Shown one piece after another: positions 9,976-20,526 of a DNA stretch of 64,000 nucleotides (positions within the stretch are counted from its first letter, which is position 1; every line of letters starts with the position of its first letter). The position numbers were made by a program, and so were the translations under genes. The notes beneath the pieces are model-generated. The model was given only the letters and a program-made list of their open reading frames with translations, ran no database searches and had not been told where the DNA came from. The DNA lies in contig JACKFK010000007.1 of the NCBI GenBank assembly GCA_020632515.1, positions 99,607 to 163,606 on the forward strand, read 5' to 3'. The stretch is from Candidatus Omnitrophota bacterium (GTDB taxonomy: Bacteria > Omnitrophota > Gorgyraeia > Zapsychrales > Zapsychraceae).

Positions 9976-10922
9976 GACATCCGCTCCTTTAATATCATTA
10001 ACGGAATCTTAATATTAAGATTATCCGTTAATAATTTATACGCATTAGTTATTTCGTTAAGAACTTCGTTAAGATCCGAAAATGAAACTGATTTCTGAAA
10101 AGCTTTTAAATCCTGTATTCGATCCCGATTAATTAAATAATTTTCTTCTGTGCCTGATTTAAGCAAAACAGCATCCCTCACCCAACTATATAGAACACTT
10201 AAAAATTCTTTCATTTGAACGTTATCCGCTGTGATTTCTTTAATAAATGCATCTACATCACGCGCATATATAAAATCATCAATTAAACTATTTTTCCGTC
10301 CGAAAACATTGTTTTCTTTTAATATATGCGCCCGCCCCAAACACCCTTGAGCAAAATAGGCTAAAAATCGAATTTCGTCTTTATCATCATAGTATTGCTC
10401 CAAATTCTTTTCAAGAACTCTATTGGAGACCGGTAAAAAATACATAAAATGACATCTTGATTTAATAGTATCTAAATTACGCTCCGGGACTGCTGTCGTT
10501 AAAATTATTAAACTATTTGCTGATGGCTCTTCCAGAGTTTTAAGCAACGCATTAGAACTTTCCAACGTCATATTCTCAATATGATGGATAATAAAAACCT
10601 TAACCCGGGCTTCATAAGGCCGCAGATTGCTTTGATTAAGCAGTCCGCGGATTTGATCTATCTTAATGGTTTCCTCTTGGCCATCAATTAGAAAAATATC
10701 TGGATGGCTGCCAGTATTAATTTTCTTACAGGAAGAACATTGATCATTACACGATCCCGGATTAACGCAATTTATAAGTTTAGCAACTGCTAAAGCCGTA
10801 GCTTTCTTACCAGAACCTTTAGCCCCAACAAAAAGATACGCATGCGCTAATCGCTGCCGTTGATGAAGCCTGCTGATTCGATCGATAATTTCAGAGTTTA
10901 CTTGTTCTTGTAAAATAGCCAT
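9963..10922 (-). CDS. holB: DNA polymerase III delta-prime subunit.
   Basis: AAA+ fold with a degenerate Walker A (GAKGSGK) and a zinc module (CxxxxC...CxxC). It has the conserved position between ricT and tmk. Confidence 0.8.
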   Translation of the reverse strand: MAILQEQVNSEIIDRISRLHQRQRLAHAYLFVGAKGSGKKATALAVAKLINCVNPGSCNDQCSSCKKINTGSHPDIFLIDGQEETIKIDQIRGLLNQSNLRPYEARVKVFIIHHIENMTLESSNALLKTLEEPSANSLIILTTAVPERNLDTIKSRCHFMYFLPVSNRVLEKNLEQYYDDKDEIRFLAYFAQGCLGRAHILKENNVFGRKNSLIDDFIYARDVDAFIKEITADNVQMKEFLSVLYSWVRDAVLLKSGTEENYLINRDRIQDLKAFQKSVSFSDLNEVLNEITNAYKLLTDNLNIKIPLMILKERMSWVN

Positions 10923-10924
10923 CT

Positions 10925-11554
10925 TTATACTTTAATAACTTGATTAATATAATTCATAACGATTGTAAAAATATCTTCCCGGGATTGATCACTTTCAATC
11001 AGTTTTACCCGATCCGGATAAAGCCTCCCCAATTCTTGATACCCTTTTCTCACTTTATTATGATAAGAAATATCTCGCAACTCAATCCGGTCTTTCGCCC
11101 TTGCAATACGCGACAATCCCTTTTTCGCGTCAATATCAAAAATTAACGTGAGATGCGGTTCTAATCCTTGTGTAACAAAAGCGCCCACTTGGTTGATAAA
11201 ATCGATATCCACGCCGCAACCATACCCTTGATAAACCACTGTTGAATCCAAAAAACGATCACACAAAATAATGGTTCCTTTTTTTAATTCCGGAAGGATT
11301 AATTCTTTCACAATTTGTGCCCGGGCCGCCATGTATAATAATGTTTCGCATTCTTTCGATATTTCCTTATTATTTACATCGAGTAGAATTCTTCGAATTT
11401 TCTCACTGATTCTTACACCGCCAGGTTCGCGCAAAAGAATTACCGGCTTTCGAGCCTTCTTTAAATGTTGATGAACCATTTGAATCTGTGTGCTTTTTCC
11501 TGAACCTTCTGATCCTTCGAATGTAATAAAAAAGCCTTTCACAATCTTCTCCAT
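10925..11554 (-). CDS. tmk: Thymidylate kinase.
   Basis: P-loop FEGSEGSGKST, the DRF motif (CDRFLDS) and the lid region. 209 aa. Confidence 0.9.
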   Translation of the reverse strand: MEKIVKGFFITFEGSEGSGKSTQIQMVHQHLKKARKPVILLREPGGVRISEKIRRILLDVNNKEISKECETLLYMAARAQIVKELILPELKKGTIILCDRFLDSTVVYQGYGCGVDIDFINQVGAFVTQGLEPHLTLIFDIDAKKGLSRIARAKDRIELRDISYHNKVRKGYQELGRLYPDRVKLIESDQSREDIFTIVMNYINQVIKV

Positions 11555-12942
11555 GTTTGTCCAGCCTTGGAATCCTCAACAATAATATTTTTATTCTTTA
11601 ATAAATCCCGCAATTCATCGGATTTCTTATAATCTTTATTTAACCGCGCTTCTTGTCGTTGCTTTAATAAAGACTGCTCTTCCTCTGTTAACTCTTCTTT
11701 GCCCGGGGCAAACGTTATCATAAAAACATTCTTAAAAAGTTCTTTTAATTGATTAACTGACGAGGCGATTATTGCGTAATAATCCGAATCATCTTTATTG
11801 CGGTCAAAAAATTTATTTGTTTCATTCGTCCATTCAAATAAGTAACCCAAGGCTTTAGCTGAATTAAAATCATCATCCATAGACTCAAAGAACTTCTCTT
11901 TAAAGTTATTAACAAATTCAACTTCACACGGGTCAACGTTCTTCTCCTTTAATAATTCTTCTGCCTTTAATATCAAAACCTCAAAACGACCCAACGCCTT
12001 ACGAGCATCAGCCATTTTCTCTTCACTAAAATCGATTGGACTGGCGTAATGAGAGGAAATATAAAACATTTTCAAAACATTTGCTGAATATTTTCCAACA
12101 GCATCTTCAACTGTAATAAAATTCCCCAGCGACTTGGCCATTTTCTGCGCGCGAATCGTTAATAAACCTAAATGAATCCAATAGCGGGCAAAAGGCTTTC
12201 CTGACAAAGCTTCAGATTGGGCAACTTCGTTCTCATGATGCGGAAATATTAAATCTCGTCCTCCAGCATGAATATCTAATGTCTGCGTATTCAAATGTTT
12301 CATACTCATACAAGAGCATTCAATATGCCATCCCGGCCGGCCGCGTCCCCAGGGGCTGTTCCAACCAGGATCTTCATCCGATGATTTTTTCCAAAGTGCG
12401 AAATCCAAAGGATCTTTCTTGTTTATGTCTGTTTCAATGCGTACTGCGTCCAGCATATGTTCAATGCTTTGACCAGAAAGTTTTCCATATTCTTTAAACT
12501 TCTTAACCTCATAATACACATTACCAGAAACCTCATACGCGTATCCTTTACCGATAAGCTCTTTAATATACTCCACCATAGCTTCAATATTCTCGGTAGC
12601 CCGCGGCTCACAATCGGCTTTATCCACTTCAAGCAGTTTTAAATCATTATAATACCCGTCAATATTCCGTTGAGCGACTTCTTCACTTGAACTTTTTAGT
12701 TCCTTTGCTTTATTAATAATTTTATCATCGACGTCAGTAATATTTCGGACAAAATAAACATTAAATCCCCGAAGATTAAGATATCGTTTAATCATGTCAA
12801 AAATATACAAACTGCGCGCGTGTCCGATATGACATTTATCATAAACCGTCACACCGCAGCAATACATCTTAACGTTCTTACCTGTTTGCGGAATAAACTC
12901 TTCTTTTTTCTTTGTCAGTGAATTATAAATCTGAATGGCCAT
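11539..12942 (-). CDS. cysS: Cysteinyl-tRNA synthetase.
   Basis: HIGH motif (CHIGHARS) and KMAKSLGN (KMSKS). 467 aa. Confidence 0.9.
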   Translation of the reverse strand: MAIQIYNSLTKKKEEFIPQTGKNVKMYCCGVTVYDKCHIGHARSLYIFDMIKRYLNLRGFNVYFVRNITDVDDKIINKAKELKSSSEEVAQRNIDGYYNDLKLLEVDKADCEPRATENIEAMVEYIKELIGKGYAYEVSGNVYYEVKKFKEYGKLSGQSIEHMLDAVRIETDINKKDPLDFALWKKSSDEDPGWNSPWGRGRPGWHIECSCMSMKHLNTQTLDIHAGGRDLIFPHHENEVAQSEALSGKPFARYWIHLGLLTIRAQKMAKSLGNFITVEDAVGKYSANVLKMFYISSHYASPIDFSEEKMADARKALGRFEVLILKAEELLKEKNVDPCEVEFVNNFKEKFFESMDDDFNSAKALGYLFEWTNETNKFFDRNKDDSDYYAIIASSVNQLKELFKNVFMITFAPGKEELTEEEQSLLKQRQEARLNKDYKKSDELRDLLKNKNIIVEDSKAGQTWRRL

Positions 12943-12978
12943 AATAATTTATTAAAAGATGATCTTATCAGCTGAATT

Positions 12979-13662
12979 TTAATGAGAATTTGATTCTTTC
13001 TCTTCTAATTTTTTTACTCTCTTAACTAATTCTTTTAAATGCTGCATCACCGGATCAACGACATGCACATGATCCAATTCCGCTTCAACGCGTTGCCCAT
13101 CTTTGCGTGTAATACGACCAGGCACGCCAACCACCGTGGCATTAGCCGGAATTGACTTGATTACAACCGCGTTCGCCCCAACATAAGAATTTTTTCCGAT
13201 TTCAATATTTCCCAAGACCTTCGCACCCGCACCGATTACCACATTATCGCACAAGGTGGGATGTCTCTTGCCAGTTTCTTTTCCTGTCCCTCCCAAAGTC
13301 ACTCCTTGAAATAATGTGACATTATTACCGATAATAGTTGTTTCACCAATCACAACTCCCATACCATGATCAATAAACAAACGTTGGCCAATCCGCGCGC
13401 CCGGATGAATTTCAATCCCTGTCAGGAATCTTGCCAACTGAGAAAATGCTCTAGGAAAAAATGGGATCTTCAAAGTCCATAAAAAATGATTAATACGATG
13501 AAAAATAATCGCATGCACGCCAGGATATAACAAAAGAATCTGTAAAAATCCTTTGGCAGCCGGATCTCTTTCTTTAGTGGCCTTAATTTCATCTAAAAAT
13601 ACAATCCCTAAAATTATTAGAAAACCAATAATACTAAGGCTAATTAAGACAAATGAATTCAT
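12979..13662 (-). CDS. cysE: Serine O-acetyltransferase with an unusual N-terminal hydrophobic segment.
   Basis: DPAAKG...LLYPGVHAIIFHRINHFLW SAT N-domain plus left-handed beta-helix hexapeptide repeats. No alternative start codon exists downstream of the ATG, so the 23-aa hydrophobic leader is part of the ORF. Confidence 0.8.
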   Translation of the reverse strand: MNSFVLISLSIIGFLIILGIVFLDEIKATKERDPAAKGFLQILLLYPGVHAIIFHRINHFLWTLKIPFFPRAFSQLARFLTGIEIHPGARIGQRLFIDHGMGVVIGETTIIGNNVTLFQGVTLGGTGKETGKRHPTLCDNVVIGAGAKVLGNIEIGKNSYVGANAVVIKSIPANATVVGVPGRITRKDGQRVEAELDHVHVVDPVMQHLKELVKRVKKLEEKESNSH

Positions 13663-14150
13663 AATTCTTTATCCTTTTTCTTTAATAAAACCGAAGCAAA
13701 CGCCGCGATACCTTTTTTTTCTCCAATTGATCCTAGGCCTTCATGCGTTGTTGCTTTGATGTTCACAAGTTCTTCATCAATCGCTAACTTATAAGCCAGA
13801 TGAAATCTCATTTGCGGTTTATACTGATACAATTTCGGTTCTTCCGCCTGAATCATTACATCGACATTGTTCACCTGATAACCCTGATCTTCAATAATCT
13901 TATATACCTTCTCAAGAAGAATCATGCTGGAAATGTCTTTATATTGTTTATCCGTATTGGGAAAATGTTCTCCAATATCTCCTTTTCCTACAGCTCCCAG
14001 TAAAGCATCACATACCGCATGTAAAACAACATCAGCGTCAGAATGCCCTTCCAAGCCTTTTTCATAAGGGATTTCGACTCCGCCTAGAATTAACTTTCGC
14101 CCCTGAACAAGGCGATGTATATCATATCCAATACCAATTCTATATTGCAT
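13659..14150 (-). CDS. ispF: 2-C-methyl-D-erythritol 2,4-cyclodiphosphate synthase.
   Basis: IGIGYDIHRL and HSDADV motifs. 163 aa. Confidence 0.9.
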   Translation of the reverse strand: MQYRIGIGYDIHRLVQGRKLILGGVEIPYEKGLEGHSDADVVLHAVCDALLGAVGKGDIGEHFPNTDKQYKDISSMILLEKVYKIIEDQGYQVNNVDVMIQAEEPKLYQYKPQMRFHLAYKLAIDEELVNIKATTHEGLGSIGEKKGIAAFASVLLKKKDKEL

Positions 14151-14153
14151 ACA

Positions 14154-14840
14154 CTAACCTTTTTTTAAATTTAAAAGCGCTTGTGCAATTACCAAGTCTT
14201 CCACCGTGGTTACTTTAATATTCCGATAATCACCGGGTAATATTTTAACCTTTATCCCTAATTGTTCAACTAAATAAGCGTCGTCTGTTGGATTTTGATT
14301 TTCCGCTTCATTATGTGCCTTTTCCAACAATTCACGCGCAAAAACCTGCGGGGTCTGAACCTCCCACAATTCTTCCCGATTCAATGTTTCTTTAACCGTC
14401 ATCTCTTCTCTATTTACCCGTTTAATTGTTGGTTTAACCGGCGTGGCTGTAATCACAGCTTGATGTCTCTGGCAAGCCTCAAGCAACCCTTTAACCATAT
14501 CCTGGGTAATAAATGGACGAGCTCCATCATGTATTACTACAATTTCTGTATTGGGAGAAAGTTTCTTTAAACCTTCTTTAACGGATTCACTTCGGGTCAT
14601 TCCGCCAGGGATAATATTTTTAACTTTATCCAGCTTGTACTCATTGACAACATGTTCATATTCTTCTCGATAGTCTGAATGAATAACTAGCGTAACTGTA
14701 TTCACAAATGAACATTGTTGAAAAATATCTAATGAATAAGTAATTAACGGTTGGCCGTTAAGCGGAATAAGGGGTTTGGGAGTTTTTGAATTAAACCGTG
14801 TTCCAATCCCAGCAGAAAGGACAATGACTTCAACTTTCAT
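14154..14840 (-). CDS. ispD: 2-C-methyl-D-erythritol 4-phosphate cytidylyltransferase.
   Basis: VLSAGIGTRF N-terminal motif and 228 aa. It is adjacent to ispF. Confidence 0.9.
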   Translation of the reverse strand: MKVEVIVLSAGIGTRFNSKTPKPLIPLNGQPLITYSLDIFQQCSFVNTVTLVIHSDYREEYEHVVNEYKLDKVKNIIPGGMTRSESVKEGLKKLSPNTEIVVIHDGARPFITQDMVKGLLEACQRHQAVITATPVKPTIKRVNREEMTVKETLNREELWEVQTPQVFARELLEKAHNEAENQNPTDDAYLVEQLGIKVKILPGDYRNIKVTTVEDLVIAQALLNLKKG

Positions 14841-14858
14841 TAATCAATTTACCTTTAA

Positions 14859-15836
14859 CTATTCAAGCCCCGCAAATATCATCTTTCCGGACTGGGTTTG
14901 TAAAACTGATGTGACTTTCACATTAATCATCTGACCAATATACTGCCGAGCTCCACTGACGACAATCATGGTTCCATCATCTAAATACCCCACAGCCTGA
15001 CTAGGTTCCTTTCCTTCTTTTGTCAGCTTAACTTCGAGTTCTTCACCTGGAAAAACCACTGTTTTCACCGCATTGATTAATTCATGGACATTTAACGTCA
15101 AAATACCTTGCAAAGATGCTACCCGGGCTAAATTAAAGTCCGTAGTGCAGATGCGGGCATCCATAATTTTAGCCAGTTCAACAAGTTTTGTATCAACCGA
15201 CTGATCCAACGGCATATCATCTTCATGAATATGAATGTCAATTTTAGGATCATTCTGCATAATTCTTAATAATTCCATCCCCCGGCGTCCGCGATAACGT
15301 TTTACATCATCGGCAGAATCAGAAATCGTTTGCAGTTCGTGCAGAACAAAACGCGGCACCACCAATCTTCCGGCTAGAAAATTAACTTTATAAATATCAA
15401 TAATCCGTCCATCAATGATGGAACTGGTATCAAGCAGAATAACACCGTCTTTAATATCCTGCCGTCGAAAACGAACATAAGGAATTATTATATTAAACTC
15501 ATCCTTTCCTCGCAATGCCATAACTGTTCCAAGATAAGAAAACATCAAAGTCAATACAACCTTGTAAACCGACTGAACAAATACTCCCAGCGGTAATAAT
15601 GACAATATATCCGTTATCAACTTTGCCATAAAAACCCCCAACAACAGACCAAAAACCATACTTGACAATCCCCGCACGGAAACCCTTTTCAGACGTTGTT
15701 CTATAAAAATCAACAATAATCCGCAAAGCAAACCAATTTCAATGCCTAAAAGTGGATGTGAAAGGATTGTTCCAATATAATGGCCGACAATCGCGCTGAT
15801 AATCAGAAAAAATAGACGGATAAATAGTAAAGTCAT
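14859..15836 (-). CDS. yacL: Membrane-anchored PIN-TRAM protein (YacL-like).
   Basis: Four N-terminal TM helices, a PIN domain (ILLDTSSIIDGRI...) and a C-terminal TRAM domain. The yacL-like position is next to radA and ispDF. Confidence 0.7.
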   Translation of the reverse strand: MTLLFIRLFFLIISAIVGHYIGTILSHPLLGIEIGLLCGLLLIFIEQRLKRVSVRGLSSMVFGLLLGVFMAKLITDILSLLPLGVFVQSVYKVVLTLMFSYLGTVMALRGKDEFNIIIPYVRFRRQDIKDGVILLDTSSIIDGRIIDIYKVNFLAGRLVVPRFVLHELQTISDSADDVKRYRGRRGMELLRIMQNDPKIDIHIHEDDMPLDQSVDTKLVELAKIMDARICTTDFNLARVASLQGILTLNVHELINAVKTVVFPGEELEVKLTKEGKEPSQAVGYLDDGTMIVVSGARQYIGQMINVKVTSVLQTQSGKMIFAGLE

Positions 15837-15840
15837 TACT

Positions 15841-17211
15841 TTATTCCTTTATTAAGTCAAGCGCCTCTTTGACAGTTTCTATGGGCACTACTTCAATGGC
15901 GGTGCCTTTTAAATTTAGTTTCGCTTTTAAATTATTCTTTGGAATGATACAACGTTTAAAACCAAGCCGCTGCGCTTCATTAATCCGGGCCATAATCTGA
16001 CTAACACTACGCACTTCCGACGATAGACCAACCTCTCCTAAAACGACTGTGTTAAAATCAACTGGTTTATCTAGAAAAGCAGATGCAATAGCGATTATAA
16101 CAGCCAAATCACACGCTGGATCCATAACCTTTACACCTCCGACCACATTCAAAAAAATATCTTTATCTTGAAGATTTAATCCCAAACGTTTTTCCAAAAT
16201 AGCAATGAGCATAGCCAAACGATTAGAATCAAATCCTTGTGATTTATGCCTAACCATACCAAAGCTGGCATGGCTTACTAAACCTTGAATCTCAACAAGA
16301 AAAGGTCTTGTTCCCTCCATAATCGGAACAACAACTGAGCCTGAAGCGTTCTGTGGACGTTCTGATAAAAATATTTCCGACGGATTTGAAATTTCCATTA
16401 ACCCGCCTGCTGTCATTTCAAAAACACCGATTTCATTGGTTGACCCAAACCGGTTTTTTGTCGCCCTAAGAATCCGATAAGTTGAATATCGTTCGCCTTC
16501 AAAATAAAGAACCGTATCAACGATATGTTCCAACACCCGCGGTCCAGCCAGCATCCCTTCTTTCGTAACATGTCCGATAATAAACATTGAAAGCCCTTTA
16601 GTTTTGGCTGTATGCGTTAAAATCGCCGCGCATTCTCTAACCTGACTAACACTACCCGGCGTAGAAGATAACTCAGGTTGAAACACAACTTGAATCGAAT
16701 CAATCACCACAACCTCGGGTTTTAATTTTTCAATGTATTCTAATATGACATTCAAATCAACTTGATTAACAATGTATAAAGATCGCTCTTCATTGTTTGT
16801 CAAACGCTGCGCCCGCATACGGGTTTGCTTAGTAGATTCCTCGCCGCTGATATATAACACTTTGTTGCCTTTGTCACTTAACGCGCAACTTAATTGTAAT
16901 GATAAAGTCGACTTACCTATCCCTGGGTCTCCGCCGATAAGCGTAACCGAATCCCTGACGACACCTCCACCCAACACTCGATCCAATTCAAAGATATCCG
17001 TTGTTAATCGTTTTTCTTCATCTAAGTTAACCTCTTTTAACAAAACGGGTTTATCTTTATAAGTGATGCCTTGATGATGCGTTGATTTCGGGGTTTCTGA
17101 CTCTTCAACGTATGAATTCCAGCTTTCGCAACCGGTACATTTACCAACCCAGCGCGGAGACTGAGTTCCGCATTCCTGGCAAACAAATATTGTCTTCGCT
17201 TTCGTTTTCAT
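15841..17211 (-). CDS. radA: DNA repair protein RadA (Sms).
   Basis: N-terminal C4 zinc finger (CxxC...CxxC), RecA-like Walker A GDPGIGKST, the KNRFG motif and a C-terminal Lon-protease-like domain. Confidence 0.9.
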   Translation of the reverse strand: MKTKAKTIFVCQECGTQSPRWVGKCTGCESWNSYVEESETPKSTHHQGITYKDKPVLLKEVNLDEEKRLTTDIFELDRVLGGGVVRDSVTLIGGDPGIGKSTLSLQLSCALSDKGNKVLYISGEESTKQTRMRAQRLTNNEERSLYIVNQVDLNVILEYIEKLKPEVVVIDSIQVVFQPELSSTPGSVSQVRECAAILTHTAKTKGLSMFIIGHVTKEGMLAGPRVLEHIVDTVLYFEGERYSTYRILRATKNRFGSTNEIGVFEMTAGGLMEISNPSEIFLSERPQNASGSVVVPIMEGTRPFLVEIQGLVSHASFGMVRHKSQGFDSNRLAMLIAILEKRLGLNLQDKDIFLNVVGGVKVMDPACDLAVIIAIASAFLDKPVDFNTVVLGEVGLSSEVRSVSQIMARINEAQRLGFKRCIIPKNNLKAKLNLKGTAIEVVPIETVKEALDLIKE

Positions 17212-17215
17212 AAAA

Positions 17216-17932
17216 TTACTTTCTTCGTTCTTTAGGTCGATAAAGCAGCTTCCACGGATTCGCCCTTAAATCCGCTGTCATCCCCTGCAAATCCTCATAG
17301 AGACGATCATCATAAAATAACCTTCCAATAGTTCCTTTACCCGATCTCACATCCGTTAATAAATCATTAAATCCACCTGTAGCTAGACTTAAATTCTCAA
17401 GCATTCGCTGCACAGATTCAACATTTGCTTGGTCATTAATAATTTTATTAATTCCAGAGATCGATTCTTCAATTTTATTAGCCACCGTCAACACTTTCTC
17501 TGAAATCATTTCCTGTGGAATAGGATTTTTTCCAATGACCGTCTGCCCTGTTTGTAAAAAATTACGCGTATCCATGCCAGGAATAATTTCAATATATTTT
17601 TCTCCTAACAACCCCAATTGATTAATGGTAATTGTTGAATCAATAGGAATTTGCGTATTCTTTTTTATCCATAATATGACTTCCGCCTTGGTCTTATTAT
17701 CATGCTGATCAAAAAAAAGACTGATGTCTTTAACAATGCCTTCATCTACGCCGGCAATGCGCACCGGCGCAGTCTTCTTTAAACCATTTGCAAAAGTAAA
17801 AATCACCTTTAACGATTTACCATCTTCGAAAACAGCAGGATCGGTAATTGACCAAATAAAAAAAGTAATAGCTGCTAAAGCTGTAAGAACAAATAAACCA
17901 ACTTTAAATTCTAAACGGGTATCTTTAATCAT
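17216..17932 (-). CDS. mlaD: MCE-domain protein, MlaD-like.
   Basis: N-terminal TM anchor followed by an MCE domain. It is immediately downstream of mlaF/mlaE. Confidence 0.75.
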   Translation of the reverse strand: MIKDTRLEFKVGLFVLTALAAITFFIWSITDPAVFEDGKSLKVIFTFANGLKKTAPVRIAGVDEGIVKDISLFFDQHDNKTKAEVILWIKKNTQIPIDSTITINQLGLLGEKYIEIIPGMDTRNFLQTGQTVIGKNPIPQEMISEKVLTVANKIEESISGINKIINDQANVESVQRMLENLSLATGGFNDLLTDVRSGKGTIGRLFYDDRLYEDLQGMTADLRANPWKLLYRPKERRK

Positions 17933-17960
17933 AATAAATTAAATTATATTATTCAAAAGT

Positions 17961-18734
17961 TTACTTCACATGTCCAAAAATAAGATTTTCATTATCCGTA
18001 ATCGGACCTTGCGATTTTCCGTAAATAAACTGCTTTACTACTGGATGTGTCGTCGTGCGAATCTCTCGAGGAGGACCTTGCGCAATCACCTGTCCATGGT
18101 AAAACATCGCAATAGAATCAGCCACCTGAAACGCCAAACTCATATCATGCGTAACCACAATAGATGTCACCTTCAATTTATTACGTAAATCAACAATCAA
18201 ATGATTAATCGCATCAGCTGTAATCGGGTCAACCTCACTTGTTGGCTCGTCATAAAGGATAATCTGCGGCTCCATGCATAAAACCCTCGCCAGACTAACT
18301 CTCTTTTTCATTCCACCGCTTAAATGCGAGGGATTAAGATGTTCAATCCCTTTTAATCCAACCATGGCTAAGGCATCTTCAACTTTATCATTTACGGTTC
18401 TTGAATCCAAATCCATAAATTCGTTTAAAACAAACGCGACATTCTCTGCCACTGTCATTGAATCAAATAACGCGCCACCTTGAAAGACCATCCCAATTTC
18501 CATCCTGACTTTATCGTATTCTTTCTCGGATAAATCAGTTACTTCTTTACCATTAATCTTTATGGATCCGGAATCTGGACGAATTAAGCCAACAATTGTT
18601 TTTAAAAGAACACTTTTTCCCGCTCCAGAACGTCCGATAATAACGGTTGTTTCTCCCTTTTTTACCGTTAGATTCAAGTCATTGAGAATAATCTTTCCTT
18701 CAAATGATTTATATAAATTTGAAATGACAATCAT
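17961..18734 (-). CDS. mlaF: Phospholipid ABC transporter ATPase, MlaF-like.
   Basis: Walker A GRSGAGKS, the LSGGMKKR signature and Walker B ILYDEPTS. Confidence 0.8.
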   Translation of the reverse strand: MIVISNLYKSFEGKIILNDLNLTVKKGETTVIIGRSGAGKSVLLKTIVGLIRPDSGSIKINGKEVTDLSEKEYDKVRMEIGMVFQGGALFDSMTVAENVAFVLNEFMDLDSRTVNDKVEDALAMVGLKGIEHLNPSHLSGGMKKRVSLARVLCMEPQIILYDEPTSEVDPITADAINHLIVDLRNKLKVTSIVVTHDMSLAFQVADSIAMFYHGQVIAQGPPREIRTTTHPVVKQFIYGKSQGPITDNENLIFGHVK

Positions 18735-19519
18735 TACATTCGAAATATAAAATAAAAAAGGGTTGTAAATAAAGCATTCGTCATAATAATCAAAATAAAT
18801 GATATAACCACGGATCTGGTTGTTGATTGGCCAACACCTTCTGCTCCGCCTTTAACATTTAATCCTTGATGACAACCAACTAACGCGATGATAGCGCCGA
18901 AAAAAATTGTTTTAAAAAGTCCGGTAAGTATATCTTTTGCCGTCAACGCTTCTGCCACCATATTAAAATATAATTCAGGCGATATAAGAAGTTTATAAAC
19001 GCAAATTACATATCCTCCAACAATCCCTATAATATCCGCGAAAATTGTCAATAACGGCAGCATAACAACAAGCGCCAGAAAACGCGGCACAACTAAAAAT
19101 TTAACCGGATTTACAGCAAAGGCTTTTAAAGCATCCACTTGTTCTGTCACCGCCATAGATCCGATTTCTGCAGTGATCCCAGCGCCTATTCTTCCAGCTA
19201 CAATAAGGGCTGTTAAAACAGGTGCCAATTCTCTCGTCAAAGAAACTGAAACAACATTGGGAATATAAATCTCTGCTGATAATTTAACCATTTGATACGC
19301 CATCTGCACGGCAATAATCATACCGACAAAAAAAGCAATCAAGGCGGCAATGAAAAAACTTCCTGGTCCCACACGTTTTGCCTGTGTTAAAAGTCTATTA
19401 ACCTTAAATGGTGGGATCAGCGCTAAATAAATAGTTCGTGCAAATAAGAGACCTATTTCACCTAAATATTGAATTAATTTAAGAATAAGACTGCCTGAAT
19501 ATCCAATGACATGAATCAT
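18734..19519 (-). CDS. mlaE: Phospholipid ABC transporter permease, MlaE-like.
   Basis: 261 aa polytopic membrane protein with a 1-nt overlap to mlaF. It belongs to the MlaE/YrbE family. Confidence 0.8.
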   Translation of the reverse strand: MIHVIGYSGSLILKLIQYLGEIGLLFARTIYLALIPPFKVNRLLTQAKRVGPGSFFIAALIAFFVGMIIAVQMAYQMVKLSAEIYIPNVVSVSLTRELAPVLTALIVAGRIGAGITAEIGSMAVTEQVDALKAFAVNPVKFLVVPRFLALVVMLPLLTIFADIIGIVGGYVICVYKLLISPELYFNMVAEALTAKDILTGLFKTIFFGAIIALVGCHQGLNVKGGAEGVGQSTTRSVVISFILIIMTNALFTTLFYFIFRM

Positions 19520-19521
19520 TT

Positions 19522-20526
19522 TTAAAACTCCATGGTTCGCTCTACTCCCAGCATATCTGACTGCTTAGTATCTGATACCCCATATGAGTCACCTTTTTGC
19601 ATACGATATTTAAATTCCGTCTTTCCCGATTCCTCCTTACGCCGGATAATAGTCCACTCTCTTTCCGACGATGAGTCTTTAATAACAGGCGCCATTTTCA
19701 AAGAACGAATCTGCTTTTTGAATGTCTTTGGATTCCCTAGATTAAAGGGTCCTTGAAATGAATAAGTCATCCCATCCGTCTGCGATAGAAATGATTTTGT
19801 AATCTGCATACGCGGATAAACCCCTTCAAGATTCAATTTTAACCCGTCAAAATGTAATTTCTTGATAAATCCATCCACACTTTCTAAACTTCCCTTCATC
19901 ATTAAACGATCTCTCACACCGGAAAGTTTAATTTCACCATTAACCTCCCCGCCAGATTCAAAATCCTTATCCGGCCCCCAGAATGTTAGAAAATTATCTA
20001 AGTCAACAGCTGTTAATCTGATATTAAAATCAATTTTAAAGGGAGTAATTAATTCAATGAAGCCGTTGAGAGAGATTTGACCAAAGGAAAAAGATTTAAT
20101 ATAAAGCCGATCATTGATTATCTCAAAGTCTCCATTGAGCTCACGTACAGGCTTATAATCGACTAATGTGTACTGACTCCAAATCTTGCCATGCAGTTTT
20201 GGAAATCGAGAATTGCGTTGATCATATTCGTTCTCGAATATATCGTCTTGAGAATTTCCAACATTGATATTCGTTTCAATCTGACTCGAGAAATCCCAAG
20301 GTCGAGATTTAATATGTTCTAAATTAATTCGGCAATTATATTTATTTTCTGTTGTTCCAACAAAATTAATTTTAATGGAACTATTATCATTTAAATCTAA
20401 AATAAAATTAAACTGTTTCTTCTCAAAATCAACATTTCCATTAAAAGGATATACTGTATCAGCCCCGGCTGGTGATAAATAGAATAAGCCAAAAAGAACC
20501 AAAGCCGATACAATTTTTATTTTCAT
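19522..20526 (-). CDS. Secreted beta-rich hypothetical protein (AsmA/TamB-like repeat character), co-transcribed between clpC and mlaE.
   Basis: Signal peptide [22 protein letters not shown]. The protein has repetitive alternating hydrophobic beta-strand patterns. There is a 4-nt overlap with the clpC stop and a 2-nt gap to mlaE. Confidence 0.6.
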   Translation of the reverse strand: MKIKIVSALVLFGLFYLSPAGADTVYPFNGNVDFEKKQFNFILDLNDNSSIKINFVGTTENKYNCRINLEHIKSRPWDFSSQIETNINVGNSQDDIFENEYDQRNSRFPKLHGKIWSQYTLVDYKPVRELNGDFEIINDRLYIKSFSFGQISLNGFIELITPFKIDFNIRLTAVDLDNFLTFWGPDKDFESGGEVNGEIKLSGVRDRLMMKGSLESVDGFIKKLHFDGLKLNLEGVYPRMQITKSFLSQTDGMTYSFQGPFNLGNPKTFKKQIRSLKMAPVIKDSSSEREWTIIRRKEESGKTEFKYRMQKGDSYGVSDTKQSDMLGVERTMEF

